Positions 46,929-56,633 are shown, numbered from the stretch's first letter. The stretch: DNA of 64,000 nucleotides from Flavobacteriales bacterium (GCA_040377305.1 JBEIPA010000002.1:194272-258271); one strand, 5' to 3'. Numbers and translations are program-made. The notes: generated by a model not told the origin, from the letters alone.

Positions 46929-48206
46929 TTAGTTGTTTAAGTTTCGGCCCATTACGACATACTCGTAACTGTAGATCTTTCTATGCCTTTTGTTACCAGA
47001 AAATTTACCTTCCCTATCTCTATAAGGTGTCAAGAACTTAGAGGATATTTTTCTCTGAAATATTTCAATTTCTGCATAACCAGAATCGATCATACATTTA
47101 GTCAAGAACTTCGCATTGTTAATGTATACACCCTTATGCGTTGTATTTCCAATTACAAAAACTGATAGACCTCCCGGATTTACCATTTCTAGGGACTTAT
47201 CTACCGCCATGCGCATGTCCATAAAGTATTTTGCCACGGTATTTGGATTCCTACCATCCGTTTCCTGGAGCGCATCATAAACCTCTCTCCCATACGTATT
47301 CAATCCGCCGATGTCAGCTTGTGTTATTGGACTATGATAAATACTTCCGATTGTGCCTTTTCTCAGTTCTCGGAAATCTTTGGCATAACCCAACCAAAGG
47401 ATAGATAATTGATGCAAATCAGCATATTCGTAAGATGTAACGTATGGAGGACTTGTGACGAGGAGATCCACTCTACGGTGTGACAAATCAGCCGTCAATA
47501 CATTCTTTCTTAAAATAATCGAGCTCGGACTCGCTAGTAGTTTTTCATTAACCTCTCTCACGGCCTGTATCATTTGCTTAATCTGAAAACGGTATGAAGC
47601 CACTACACTATAGACATTCTTTCGCTTGTCAATGGTTGGCTTGATCGATTTAGTAAGCCACTTCGAAGATCTTTTCAATATATTCGAAAAGCCCACCAGA
47701 AAGAAGTCCCTGTATTTACCTTTTGGAACACATCTTTCAATTGCTCTAAGCAAAAGATACAATTCCTCGATTTGAATTAACTCAAACCAAAACAAAAGGC
47801 GAGTGTTTTTCAGTAAGTGTTTCGGTATGATTTGCTTATGCGAAAAGTGTGAAAAAATAATTTCGTCGTAGTACTTGAACAATTTATTTTCATCAAAGTT
47901 TTCACGTTTAACTTTTGCAATTAATGTGGCAACTGGATTAATGTCACAACCGACAAAATTCTTCGCGAATCTCTTCGCTTCTAATGCCGTCGTACCACAA
48001 CCACAGAACATATCTCCAATGGTTTCAACCTCAACGCCTCGGCGCTCAGCGTGTTTCAGAGCCTTAGCAATCAAAAAGGCAGGAAACTTCGCCGGATACA
48101 TGTGAATTTTGTGCATCCGCAAATCCTTCACTTCCTGACTGTTCCATGAAGCGACTTCGTGTGGATGCGTGAACGCCCGTTCCAATGTCTTTAATGTTAT
48201 TCGCAT
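46929..48206 (-). CDS. Alpha-class amino-DNA methyltransferase (probably N4-cytosine)
   Basis: HMYPAKF and motif I DMFCGCGTT precede motif IV TSPPY; ATG 48206 is the likely start. Confidence 0.88.
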   Translation of the reverse strand: MRITLKTLERAFTHPHEVASWNSQEVKDLRMHKIHMYPAKFPAFLIAKALKHAERRGVEVETIGDMFCGCGTTALEAKRFAKNFVGCDINPVATLIAKVKRENFDENKLFKYYDEIIFSHFSHKQIIPKHLLKNTRLLFWFELIQIEELYLLLRAIERCVPKGKYRDFFLVGFSNILKRSSKWLTKSIKPTIDKRKNVYSVVASYRFQIKQMIQAVREVNEKLLASPSSIILRKNVLTADLSHRRVDLLVTSPPYVTSYEYADLHQLSILWLGYAKDFRELRKGTIGSIYHSPITQADIGGLNTYGREVYDALQETDGRNPNTVAKYFMDMRMAVDKSLEMVNPGGLSVFVIGNTTHKGVYINNAKFLTKCMIDSGYAEIEIFQRKISSKFLTPYRDREGKFSGNKRHRKIYSYEYVVMGRNLNN

Positions 48207-48277
48207 AAAAAAGGAGAAATTATAACACAATTAATAAAAATTGCATTGATTAACCAAATAATATTCTAATTAACCGG

Positions 48278-49261
48278 TTAAATTGATAGAAATGAACGCA
48301 AGGTCAGACGAATTCCTTGATCTACCTGTAATTCAGGTGTATAAGATAGGGCGTTTTTCGCTTTACTGATATCCGCACAAGAATCACGAATCTCTCCCTT
48401 TCTGTCTTCGCGATGCGTTGCGTTAACACTAGAACCGGAATGTTTCTTCAGCGCATTGAATATGTCAAGCACAGAAGTTGATCCGCCAGCTGCAATATTG
48501 AAAACCTGACCGCGGACTTTCTCTGATGGAGCAGTAAGCGCCAGCATGTTTGCTTTCACGACATTGCTAACGAAAGTAAAATCACGCGATTGAAGTCCGT
48601 CACCGTTGATGTACACGGGTGTGTTGTTCAACAGTCCGTCAATGAAAAGAGGAATTGCAGCTGCGTATGCCCCGGTCGGATTTTGTCGCGGTCCGAAAAT
48701 ATTAAAGTAGCGGAAACCGACAACTTCCATTCCATAGAGATCGGCGAATACTGCTGCATATTGCTCATTGAGCTTCTTCGTCACCGCGTAAGGTGAAAGT
48801 GCACGACCAACGTTCTCTTCCTTCTTAGGAGAATCGGTATTGTCGCCATATACAGACGAAGAACTTGCGTAGATGAATCTCGAAACTTTTGCATCGCGTG
48901 CTGCGACGAGCATATTCAGAAATCCGTTTGCATTGACAATGTGCGTTGCAATCGGATTATCAATTGATCGCGGTACAGACCCTAACGCTGCGTGATGAAG
49001 AACATAATCAATCCCCTCACAGGCCTTCAGACACGCGAACATGTCGACGATCGTGCCGTTGATGAATGTGAAGTTCGGTTGCTCCATGAAATCATTCATG
49101 TTCGAAATGAATCCCGTAGAAAGATCATCCATCACACGAACTTCTTTTGCGCCGTGCTTCAGCAAATATTCAACGAGATGCGAACCGATAAAGCCCGCGC
49201 CGCCAGTAACGAGGAATCGTTTTTGGGAAATGTCTTCGGTATGCCAGGCGGTGTTGTACAT
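48278..49261 (-). CDS. UDP-GlcNAc(A) 4-epimerase (WbpP/TviC-like SDR)
   Basis: GGAGFIG, AALGSVPRS, ASSSSVYGD, SPYAVTK and YFNIFGPRQ motifs. Confidence 0.88.
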   Translation of the reverse strand: MYNTAWHTEDISQKRFLVTGGAGFIGSHLVEYLLKHGAKEVRVMDDLSTGFISNMNDFMEQPNFTFINGTIVDMFACLKACEGIDYVLHHAALGSVPRSIDNPIATHIVNANGFLNMLVAARDAKVSRFIYASSSSVYGDNTDSPKKEENVGRALSPYAVTKKLNEQYAAVFADLYGMEVVGFRYFNIFGPRQNPTGAYAAAIPLFIDGLLNNTPVYINGDGLQSRDFTFVSNVVKANMLALTAPSEKVRGQVFNIAAGGSTSVLDIFNALKKHSGSSVNATHREDRKGEIRDSCADISKAKNALSYTPELQVDQGIRLTLRSFLSI

Positions 49262-49280
49262 CTCTTATCTTCTCCGTCAC

Positions 49281-49351
49281 CCCTCGACTCCGCTCGGTTT
49301 GACAAGATTGTTTCTCACGAGAAACCTTGTCAGACTGAGCGGAGTCGAAGG
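49281..49351. repeat. REP-like inverted repeat (intergenic copy)
   Basis: CCCTCGACTCCGCTCGGTTTGACAA (49281-49305) and TTGTCAGACTGAGCGGAGTCGAAGG (49327-49351). Confidence 0.85.
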
Positions 49352-49359
49352 CGACAAGG

Positions 49360-50439
49360 CTAGCGTTTCACATACTGATCATCATAATACTTCTTGTAAT
49401 CACCAGAAGTAACATGATTCAACCAATCTTCATTCGTGAGATACCACTCTACCGTCTTCTCCAATCCTTCTTCGAACTGCAACGAAGGCATCCAACCCAA
49501 ATCGTTCTTCAGTTTCGTTGCATCAATTGCATAACGCATATCGTGACCGGCGCGATCTTTTACGAACGTGATGAGTTTCGCAGATTCACCTTCTGCACGT
49601 CCAAGTTTCTTATCCATGATCTTGCAGAGGAGATGAATCAGGTCGATGTTCTTCCACTCGTTGTGTCCGCCGATGTTGTATGTTTCTCCGTTCTTGCCTT
49701 TGTGAAGAATTACATCAATCGCACGTGCGTGATCTTCTACCCACAACCAGTCACGAACATTCTCTCCTTTTCCGTAAACGGGAATCGGTTTGCTGTTCTT
49801 GATGTTGTGTATGGCAAGCGGAATCAATTTCTCCGGAAAATGATGCGACCCGTAATTGTTCGAACAGTTCGAAATCACAATCGGCAATCCGTAAGTGTCG
49901 TGATAAGCGCGTACGAAATGATCGGAACTTGCTTTCGAAGCTGAATACGGTGAATGCGGATCGTATTTTGTGTCTTCGGTGAACATTCCTGTTTCTCCGA
50001 GCGCACCGTACACTTCGTCAGTTGAAACGTGGTAGAATCTTTTGTCAGACCGAGCGGAGTCGAGGGCGGACGAATTCGAAGCTGACAACCACGCGTGCTT
50101 TGCAGCATTCAGCAGATTCACCGTTCCAATCACATTCGTCATCACAAACTCAATCGGATTCGAAATAGAACGATCCACATGCGATTCCGCTGCAAGATGA
50201 ACAACGTAGGTGAAATCGTGCGACGAGAAAAGCTCAGTAATGAACTTAGCGTCGGTGATATCACCCTTCACAAATGTGTAATTCGGTTTTGAATCAACAT
50301 CGTGAAGATTTTCAAGGTTGCCCGCGTACGTGAGCGCATCGAGATTGAAAATGTGATAATTCGGATAGGCATTCACCAGGCGACGCACCACATGCGAACC
50401 GATGAAGCCTGCTCCTCCTGTAACTAAAACCTTGATCAT
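49360..50439 (-). CDS. rfbB: dTDP-glucose 4,6-dehydratase
   Basis: DALTYAGN, AAESHVDRSI, HVSTDEVYG, PYSASKA, CSNNYG and DRAGHDMRY motifs. Confidence 0.95.
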   Translation of the reverse strand: MIKVLVTGGAGFIGSHVVRRLVNAYPNYHIFNLDALTYAGNLENLHDVDSKPNYTFVKGDITDAKFITELFSSHDFTYVVHLAAESHVDRSISNPIEFVMTNVIGTVNLLNAAKHAWLSASNSSALDSARSDKRFYHVSTDEVYGALGETGMFTEDTKYDPHSPYSASKASSDHFVRAYHDTYGLPIVISNCSNNYGSHHFPEKLIPLAIHNIKNSKPIPVYGKGENVRDWLWVEDHARAIDVILHKGKNGETYNIGGHNEWKNIDLIHLLCKIMDKKLGRAEGESAKLITFVKDRAGHDMRYAIDATKLKNDLGWMPSLQFEEGLEKTVEWYLTNEDWLNHVTSGDYKKYYDDQYVKR

Positions 50440-50798
50440 TGTTCTGGCTTTACAATTGTTTTATTCAGCTCCCCGATTATCACATCCATCTTCATCGTAT
50501 CAAACATTTTCGGTCGCTCAAATTTTATTTCAATTTTCAATCGCGCTTTCTTCATTCCTTCCACCTTCGTTACTGCAGTAATCTCTGAACGTTTGATTTC
50601 AAAAATGATATCAGCACCAAGGCTCTTGATCAGAAATTTGAAAGCACTGAAGTAAGCATGTTCCGGCTTTTCGAAAACAAATCGTCTTTCGGTCACACGT
50701 ATTCTACCTTCAACCGCTTTCATCTCACTCATCATCCAACTTGCATGTGGATCGTTGATGAGCAACTTCTCTCCAGGTTCGAGTTGAAACGCCGCCAT
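50436..50798 (-). CDS. Small hypothetical protein, possible PH/GRAM-like fold
   Basis: LEPGEKLL...GRIRVTERRFVFE pattern; translationally coupled on both sides. Confidence 0.65.
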   Translation of the reverse strand: MAAFQLEPGEKLLINDPHASWMMSEMKAVEGRIRVTERRFVFEKPEHAYFSAFKFLIKSLGADIIFEIKRSEITAVTKVEGMKKARLKIEIKFERPKMFDTMKMDVIIGELNKTIVKPEQ

Positions 50799-50799
50799 G

Positions 50800-52092
50800 T
50801 TACAAACTCCAGTATGGAAGTTTCTTCACCTTCCCTTTGTAAATGCCTTTCACATCAACGAGAACACCTTTGTCAACAAGAATCGATGCAAAGTACTTCT
50901 CATCCAATGAAAGATATTCTTTGTGATTGACTGCAACGATAACTCCGTTGTAACCTTTCCCTATCGTGTTCAGACCAAATCCGTACTCGTGCTTCAGATC
51001 TTCACTATCGGCATGCGGATCTGCAACGTGTACATCAACCCCAAATGACTTCAACTCCTTCACTATGTCCGCCACTTTTGAATTGCGGATATCGCTCACA
51101 TTTTCCTTGAACGTTGCACCCATGATCAGGACTCGCGATTTAGAAATATTCCTTCCGGCTGCGATTATCTTCTTTACTGTCGTTTTCGCTACATAGAAGC
51201 CCATCGAGTCGTTCACGTAACGACCTGAGTTAATTACGCGGGAATGATAACCCAACGATTCTGCTTTGTGTGTGAGGTAGTACGGATCAACACCAATACA
51301 GTGTCCACCAACAAGACCAGGTGAAAACTTCAGGAAGTTCCATTTCGTTCCGGCAGCCTCGAGTACGTCGTAAGTATTAATTCCCATCTTATTGAAGATG
51401 ATGGAAAGCTCGTTCATCAATGCAATGTTCACATCACGTTGCGTATTCTCAATGATCTTCGCAGCCTCAGCTACTTTAATCGAAGCGGCACGATGCGTTC
51501 CTGGCTCAACAATAATTTCATAAGTCTTCGCAATTTCTTCGAGACTCTCTGCATCACATCCAGAAACCACTTTCAGAATTTTCGTAATTGTGTGTTCCTT
51601 GTCTCCTGGATTGATACGCTCAGGAGAGTAGCCGACTTTAAAATCCTTCTTGAATTTCAATCCCGACTCGCGCTCAAGCACAGGAATGCAATCCTCTTCT
51701 GTACAACCCGGATACACCGTCGATTCGAAAACAACGTAGTCGCCCTTCTTCAGGCATTTTCCTACAGTAGCGGATGCACCGAGAAGCGGCTTCAGATCAG
51801 GCAGATTGTGTTCGTCAATGGGTGTTGGAACAGCCACAATGAAAAACTTCGCCTTCTTTAAATCCTTCAGTGAAGCCGTGAACGTGATATCACAATCCTT
51901 GAAATCCTTCTTCGACAGTTCCTGGCTTGGATCAATGCCTTTCTGCATCATCTTCACGCGCGCTTCGTTGATGTCGAATCCAATCACTTTCGCTTTGCGT
52001 GCAAACGCCAAAGCAATTGGAAGTCCAACGTACCCAAGCCCGATAACAGCGATCGGCGCTTTCTTCTTCAATATTTCTTTGTAAATCGACAT
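50800..52092 (-). CDS. UDP-N-acetylhexosamine 6-dehydrogenase (WbpA/WbpO/TviB family)
   Basis: GLGYVGLP, ESTVYPG, SPERINPGD, ENTQRDVNIA and GGHCIGVDPYYL motifs. Confidence 0.92.
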   Translation of the reverse strand: MSIYKEILKKKAPIAVIGLGYVGLPIALAFARKAKVIGFDINEARVKMMQKGIDPSQELSKKDFKDCDITFTASLKDLKKAKFFIVAVPTPIDEHNLPDLKPLLGASATVGKCLKKGDYVVFESTVYPGCTEEDCIPVLERESGLKFKKDFKVGYSPERINPGDKEHTITKILKVVSGCDAESLEEIAKTYEIIVEPGTHRAASIKVAEAAKIIENTQRDVNIALMNELSIIFNKMGINTYDVLEAAGTKWNFLKFSPGLVGGHCIGVDPYYLTHKAESLGYHSRVINSGRYVNDSMGFYVAKTTVKKIIAAGRNISKSRVLIMGATFKENVSDIRNSKVADIVKELKSFGVDVHVADPHADSEDLKHEYGFGLNTIGKGYNGVIVAVNHKEYLSLDEKYFASILVDKGVLVDVKGIYKGKVKKLPYWSL

Positions 52093-52095
52093 AGC

Positions 52096-53124
52096 TTAAC
52101 CTTTGCGATCTGGTTTTCTGAATGAGTAAATGCGCTCGATGATGTCAACCACTTTCATTCCTTCCAGCGCGTTTGTTGTAATGGATGTTTTCCCGGTGAG
52201 CGTGTCAATCACGTTCTGAATCATGTGATCGTGGTTGTTTGCCGAACCTTTATATCCGCCGTAATCATTTGCGGGTGCAGTTTCCTGCAACTCCGGCATC
52301 GTGTAATCCTTGATGTGACAATATTCAACTTTGTCCATGTACTGTCCGCCTACTTTCACACTTCCCTTGCTGCCAATAACAGAAATACTGCTCTCGAGAT
52401 TTTTGTCCCACACTGCAGTTGAATAGTTGATGCTGCCCATGCCTCCGTTGACGAAACGGAAATTGACATAACCAGAATCTTCGAACTCTGTAGTCATTGC
52501 GTGATTGAAGTCAGCAAACTTCGCTTGTATTTCGCTCAGATCTCCGAAGAGCCAGTATAGCAAATCAATCCAGTGGGAGAACTGTGTGAACAGCGTTCCT
52601 CCATCAAGATCCTGAGTTCCTTTCCAGCCGCCCTTCTTGTAATAACGATCATCGCGATTCCAGTAACAGTTGAGCTGAACCATGTAAACATCGCCGATAA
52701 TCTTCTCATCAACAAGTTTCTTCAGCCAAACTGATGGAGGCGAATAACGATTCTGCATGACACAAAAAACCTGCTTCTGATTCTGCAACGCCTTGTAAAC
52801 AACCTGCTCACAATCCTGCCGATGCAACGCCATTGGTTTTTCAATCACCACATGCTTTCCATGCTCGAGTGAAAGGATAGAATGAGCTGCGTGCAAACCA
52901 TTCGGCGTACAAACATTCACAACTTCAATCTCCGGATGTGACTTCAGCATTTCCTCTGCTGAACTGTAATACTTCTCAGCGATGCCTTCATTACCGGTTT
53001 TCTCCTTCGGCAATACATCGCAAACCGCAATAAGTTCGCTGCCAGGATTGCGTCTCACCATTTCAGCGTGACGTTTTCCAATATGGCCCTGGCCGATTAC
53101 GGCAAATTTAATTTTCGAACTCAC
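52096..53124 (-). CDS. Gfo/Idh/MocA oxidoreductase (WbpB-like)
   Basis: IGQGHIG, CTPNGLH, EKPMA, QNRY and DGGTLFTQFSH motifs; GTG 53124 follows the upstream stop. Confidence 0.88.
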   Translation of the reverse strand: MSSKIKFAVIGQGHIGKRHAEMVRRNPGSELIAVCDVLPKEKTGNEGIAEKYYSSAEEMLKSHPEIEVVNVCTPNGLHAAHSILSLEHGKHVVIEKPMALHRQDCEQVVYKALQNQKQVFCVMQNRYSPPSVWLKKLVDEKIIGDVYMVQLNCYWNRDDRYYKKGGWKGTQDLDGGTLFTQFSHWIDLLYWLFGDLSEIQAKFADFNHAMTTEFEDSGYVNFRFVNGGMGSINYSTAVWDKNLESSISVIGSKGSVKVGGQYMDKVEYCHIKDYTMPELQETAPANDYGGYKGSANNHDHMIQNVIDTLTGKTSITTNALEGMKVVDIIERIYSFRKPDRKG

Positions 53125-53128
53125 GCTA

Positions 53129-53704
53129 TTATATTTTTGAAACCGCTCCGTTTTCGAAACGATACTTTTGATTTGACTCCGGACAAAATGCAATTCCTTC
53201 GCTATCGAATTTCAATCGGTGGCCATATTCACTCATCCATCCAATTTGTTTCGCAGGATTACCAACAACCAATGCAAAGGGCAAAACCGTTTTCGTAACC
53301 ACGCTTCCCGCTCCGATAAAAGCAAACTCGCCAATGTCGTGTCCGCAAACAATTGTTGCATTCGCGCCGATGCTCGCTCCTTTTCCAACGTGCGTCTTCG
53401 AGTATTGTCCGCGACGATTCACCGCACTGCGCGGATTCGTTACGTTCGTAAACACACAAGAGGGTCCGAGGAAAACATCATCGTCACAAGTAACCCCGGT
53501 ATAAAGCGAAACGTTGTTCTGAATTTTCACATTCTTACCAAGGACAACTTCAGGCGAAATCACAACGTTCTGTCCGATGTTGCAGTTCTCCCCGATTTTG
53601 CATCCGGGCATGATATGTGAAAAGTGCCAGATCTTAACACCTTGCGCAATGTCACAACCGTCGTCGACGATAGCGGATGGATGAACAAAATAGTCGGCGC
53701 TCAT
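53129..53704 (-). CDS. Hexapeptide-repeat N-acetyltransferase (WbpD-like)
   Basis: KIWHFSHI, KIQNNVS, FTNVTNPRS and VVGNPAKQIGW motifs. Confidence 0.9.
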   Translation of the reverse strand: MSADYFVHPSAIVDDGCDIAQGVKIWHFSHIMPGCKIGENCNIGQNVVISPEVVLGKNVKIQNNVSLYTGVTCDDDVFLGPSCVFTNVTNPRSAVNRRGQYSKTHVGKGASIGANATIVCGHDIGEFAFIGAGSVVTKTVLPFALVVGNPAKQIGWMSEYGHRLKFDSEGIAFCPESNQKYRFENGAVSKI

Positions 53705-53710
53705 ACTGAT

Positions 53711-54694
53711 TTATTTCTTTTCGAATTCGCGGTGTTCCTTTTTGTAGAGCTCATCGTTCGGAAGACTCTTGAAGTACGCATACGTGCGCTTCAATCCTTC
53801 TTCGCGATCGATCTTTGGTTCCCAGTTGAGAATTATGCGCGCAAGTGTAATATCCGGCTGACGTTGTTTCGGATCATCCACAGGTAGATCGTGATACACG
53901 ACTTTCTGTTTCGTTCCCGTGAGTTTGATAATTTCCTCGGCGAAATCCTTGATCGTAATCTCTTGTGGATTTCCAATATTCACCGGCTGCACGTGATCGC
54001 TCATCAGCAAACGATAAATTCCTTCCACAAGATCATCCACGTAACAGAACGAACGCGTTTGTGATCCATCACCGAAAATGGTGAGATCTTCTCCGCGCAA
54101 AGCTTGCCCGATGAATGCAGGAAGTACACGCCCGTCATTCAGTCGCATGCGAGGTCCGTATGTATTGAATATGCGAACAATGCGTGTTTCAACTCCGTGG
54201 TAAGTATGATAAGCCATCGTGATCGCTTCCATGAAACGCTTTGCTTCATCGTACACGCCACGCGGACCGATTGGATTTACATTTCCCCAATACGATTCCT
54301 GTTGCGGGTGCACGGTAGGATCGCCATACACTTCCGAAGTTGATGCAACAAGTATGCGTGCTTTTTTCACTCGTGCCAATCCCAAAAGATTATGCGTTCC
54401 AAGTGAAGAAACTTTCAAAGTCTGAATCGGGATTTTTAGATAATCAATCGGCGATGCAGGTGATGCGAAGTGCATGATGTAATCCAATTCACCTGGAACA
54501 AAAACAAATTTTGAAACGTCGTGATGATAGAACTCAAAATTTTCGAGCTTCATCAGATGCTCGATGTTTTTCAAATCGCCTGTGATGAGATTATCCATCC
54601 CAATCACGTGACAACCTTCCTTGATAAACCGGTCGCACAAATGCGAACCAAGAAAGCCCGCTGCACCCGTAATCAGAACCCGTTTTTTGCCCAT
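53711..54694 (-). CDS. UDP-glucuronic acid decarboxylase (UDP-xylose synthase) family
   Basis: [36 protein letters not shown] and [10 protein letters not shown] motifs. Confidence 0.92.
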   Translation of the reverse strand: MGKKRVLITGAAGFLGSHLCDRFIKEGCHVIGMDNLITGDLKNIEHLMKLENFEFYHHDVSKFVFVPGELDYIMHFASPASPIDYLKIPIQTLKVSSLGTHNLLGLARVKKARILVASTSEVYGDPTVHPQQESYWGNVNPIGPRGVYDEAKRFMEAITMAYHTYHGVETRIVRIFNTYGPRMRLNDGRVLPAFIGQALRGEDLTIFGDGSQTRSFCYVDDLVEGIYRLLMSDHVQPVNIGNPQEITIKDFAEEIIKLTGTKQKVVYHDLPVDDPKQRQPDITLARIILNWEPKIDREEGLKRTYAYFKSLPNDELYKKEHREFEKK

Positions 54695-55043
54695 ATAAAC
54701 CGCTGTAAATGCGAGGTGCGAAGATAGGGATTATGAGCCTAAAATGAGGGAATTAGGGCTTTTTAGCAGGTCGCAGGTCAGTGCTCGGACTTGAAAAAAA
54801 GCTAATTCGGGCACTCCACTGAGGAATTAGGAAATATTAAGCGAACACACGAACGAAAGCCCTCCCGTATGCATACTCGTTTTGCAGGTTAATCTGAACC
54901 TCGCTAATGGCAATCATCACCAAAACAGAATTCATCGTGATGTTTATCTTTGAGTCAAAGTCAGTGTTGCATCTCCCCACATTGTGCTAGAGTGAATTCT
55001 TTCATAAATCGGTCGCGACTTTTCACGTCCTGACGATTCATGA

Positions 55044-56621
55044 ATGCCAGACGGAAACTATATTCTTATGTGTAAAGTACTTTTGAATTTTGTTCTTGCA
55101 TGGGCGATGCAGTTTACGTCACCCACAAAGACGCTTCCGGCGTACGAATGCTTCGAACACATTGATGCTGAAAAATACACAACGCAATACGGTCGCGCTT
55201 TCGATAAAGACGGAATTCTCATTCAGGGAAAAGAATATCATCCGCTTACCATTTGTAGTTACGGAATTGTGTGTTACGATAACTTTCGCGCTACTGGCGA
55301 TTCTATGTACTACTACCGTGTGCTGAATCAGTACAAGTATTTCGAAGAACCTAATAACGTTGTGTATACTGATAGCAACCGCTGTGCCGGTTTACCTTAT
55401 CGGTTCAATGCGCAGGGCATGAAAGCCCCATGGTATTCGGGAATGACTCAAGGCGTTGCGGCTTCTTACTTGTTGCGCTATTATGAATTGACCGGAGATA
55501 AAAAAGCTTTGGAGCTCAGCCAGAAACTGATCAATCTCATGATCAAACCGGAGAAAGATGGTGGCACGCTCGGCAGATCGCTGGAAGGCGGCCCGTGGCT
55601 GGAAGAATATCCGAACAACGCCAAATCGAAATCGGTTCTCAACGGATTTATCAATGCGTATCTCGGCCTTTACGAGTACTGCATGTACTTCCCCAAAGAC
55701 AAACACGCTGCGCTGATGCGTGACAGCTGTTACACTGAATTCATCAACAACGTACACAAGTACGATACACCTAACTGGACGGCGTACTCGCGTCACGGCA
55801 CACCGATTTCAAATTCGTACTTGCGTTATCAGCTCGAACAGTTCGATCACCTGTATTCTCTGCATCACGATGAGCGCTTAAGGAATCAAATGAAGCTGTG
55901 GTCCAAGTTTGCATTCAATCGTCCCGATCAGGAAATCAAATTCCTCAAGCTCACTTACTATCAATTTGGAATTGCATTGAGCGGTAATCCTACCACCGAT
56001 AGTTGTGTATATAACAACTACCTCGCGTTTGCCAAAGGACTTGCACCTGCTTCTCCTGCAACGGTTTCAAAGAACGCTGCGATTTACAAATTTGCTGAGC
56101 CGCGCTATTACGGGGAGATTAAAGTGCTCGCCTCCGAGTTAACTTCGAATGACATCAATGTTCATGCAACTCAGGATGGAGTCAACGTCATTGTCAAGTG
56201 TACGTTCACGGGAAAACGTGTGACCATCGAAGCAAACGCGCCATTTGATGAATTGGAAGTCTCATATCCCAAACAAAAAAGCCGTAAAGCTTGTCCTGTT
56301 ACAGTAAGCACGTATGATCATCGCAAGTGTGCAGAAGCTATGTTTGGATTTTACGAACTCAAAAAACAAGAGCCGCTGAAGAAAGGCAACACGTACAAAT
56401 TCACCTACCAGGGATTCAATCTAACGAACGCGAAAGTTTTTTATCGCCATGCGCCTGCAGGTGTTAAACCCGAAACGCAGAAATACAGCGTTGCACATTC
56501 ATTCGATCTCGAGGGAGAATATTTCACAGCACCAGCCGATGGAACTTATCAGTTCTTTATCAGTTACGATCTGATGATGCCGCAATCGAGTTTGAGTAAG
56601 CTAACATTGACGTCAATGTAA
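55044..56621 (+). CDS. D-glucuronyl C5-epimerase family protein with C-terminal extension
   Basis: PWYSGMTQG, GPWLEEYP, VLNGFI..LGLYEY and YDTPNWTAY match the C5-epimerase C-terminal motifs. Start uncertain (55044 or 55068). Confidence 0.8.
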   Translation: MPDGNYILMCKVLLNFVLAWAMQFTSPTKTLPAYECFEHIDAEKYTTQYGRAFDKDGILIQGKEYHPLTICSYGIVCYDNFRATGDSMYYYRVLNQYKYFEEPNNVVYTDSNRCAGLPYRFNAQGMKAPWYSGMTQGVAASYLLRYYELTGDKKALELSQKLINLMIKPEKDGGTLGRSLEGGPWLEEYPNNAKSKSVLNGFINAYLGLYEYCMYFPKDKHAALMRDSCYTEFINNVHKYDTPNWTAYSRHGTPISNSYLRYQLEQFDHLYSLHHDERLRNQMKLWSKFAFNRPDQEIKFLKLTYYQFGIALSGNPTTDSCVYNNYLAFAKGLAPASPATVSKNAAIYKFAEPRYYGEIKVLASELTSNDINVHATQDGVNVIVKCTFTGKRVTIEANAPFDELEVSYPKQKSRKACPVTVSTYDHRKCAEAMFGFYELKKQEPLKKGNTYKFTYQGFNLTNAKVFYRHAPAGVKPETQKYSVAHSFDLEGEYFTAPADGTYQFFISYDLMMPQSSLSKLTLTSM

Positions 56622-56633
56622 GAAGCCCTGTAT

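Larger units (their letters stand above)
44255..48277. mobile_element. AT-rich inserted defence island bounded by 8-bp direct repeats
   Basis: TTAACCGG at 44255-44262 and 48270-48277 abuts the stop codons of both flanking genes. Composition is visibly AT-richer. No integrase or transposase inside. Confidence 0.65.

Noticed and set aside
44255-48277. Island as a classical Type I/III RM system, IS element or prophage
   Set aside because: No HsdS/HsdR/Res-sized subunit, transposase, integrase or phage genes are recognisable.
54695-55043. 350-bp divergent intergenic region as a riboswitch or ncRNA
   Set aside because: No recognisable conserved motif or long stem; adequately explained by two divergent promoters.
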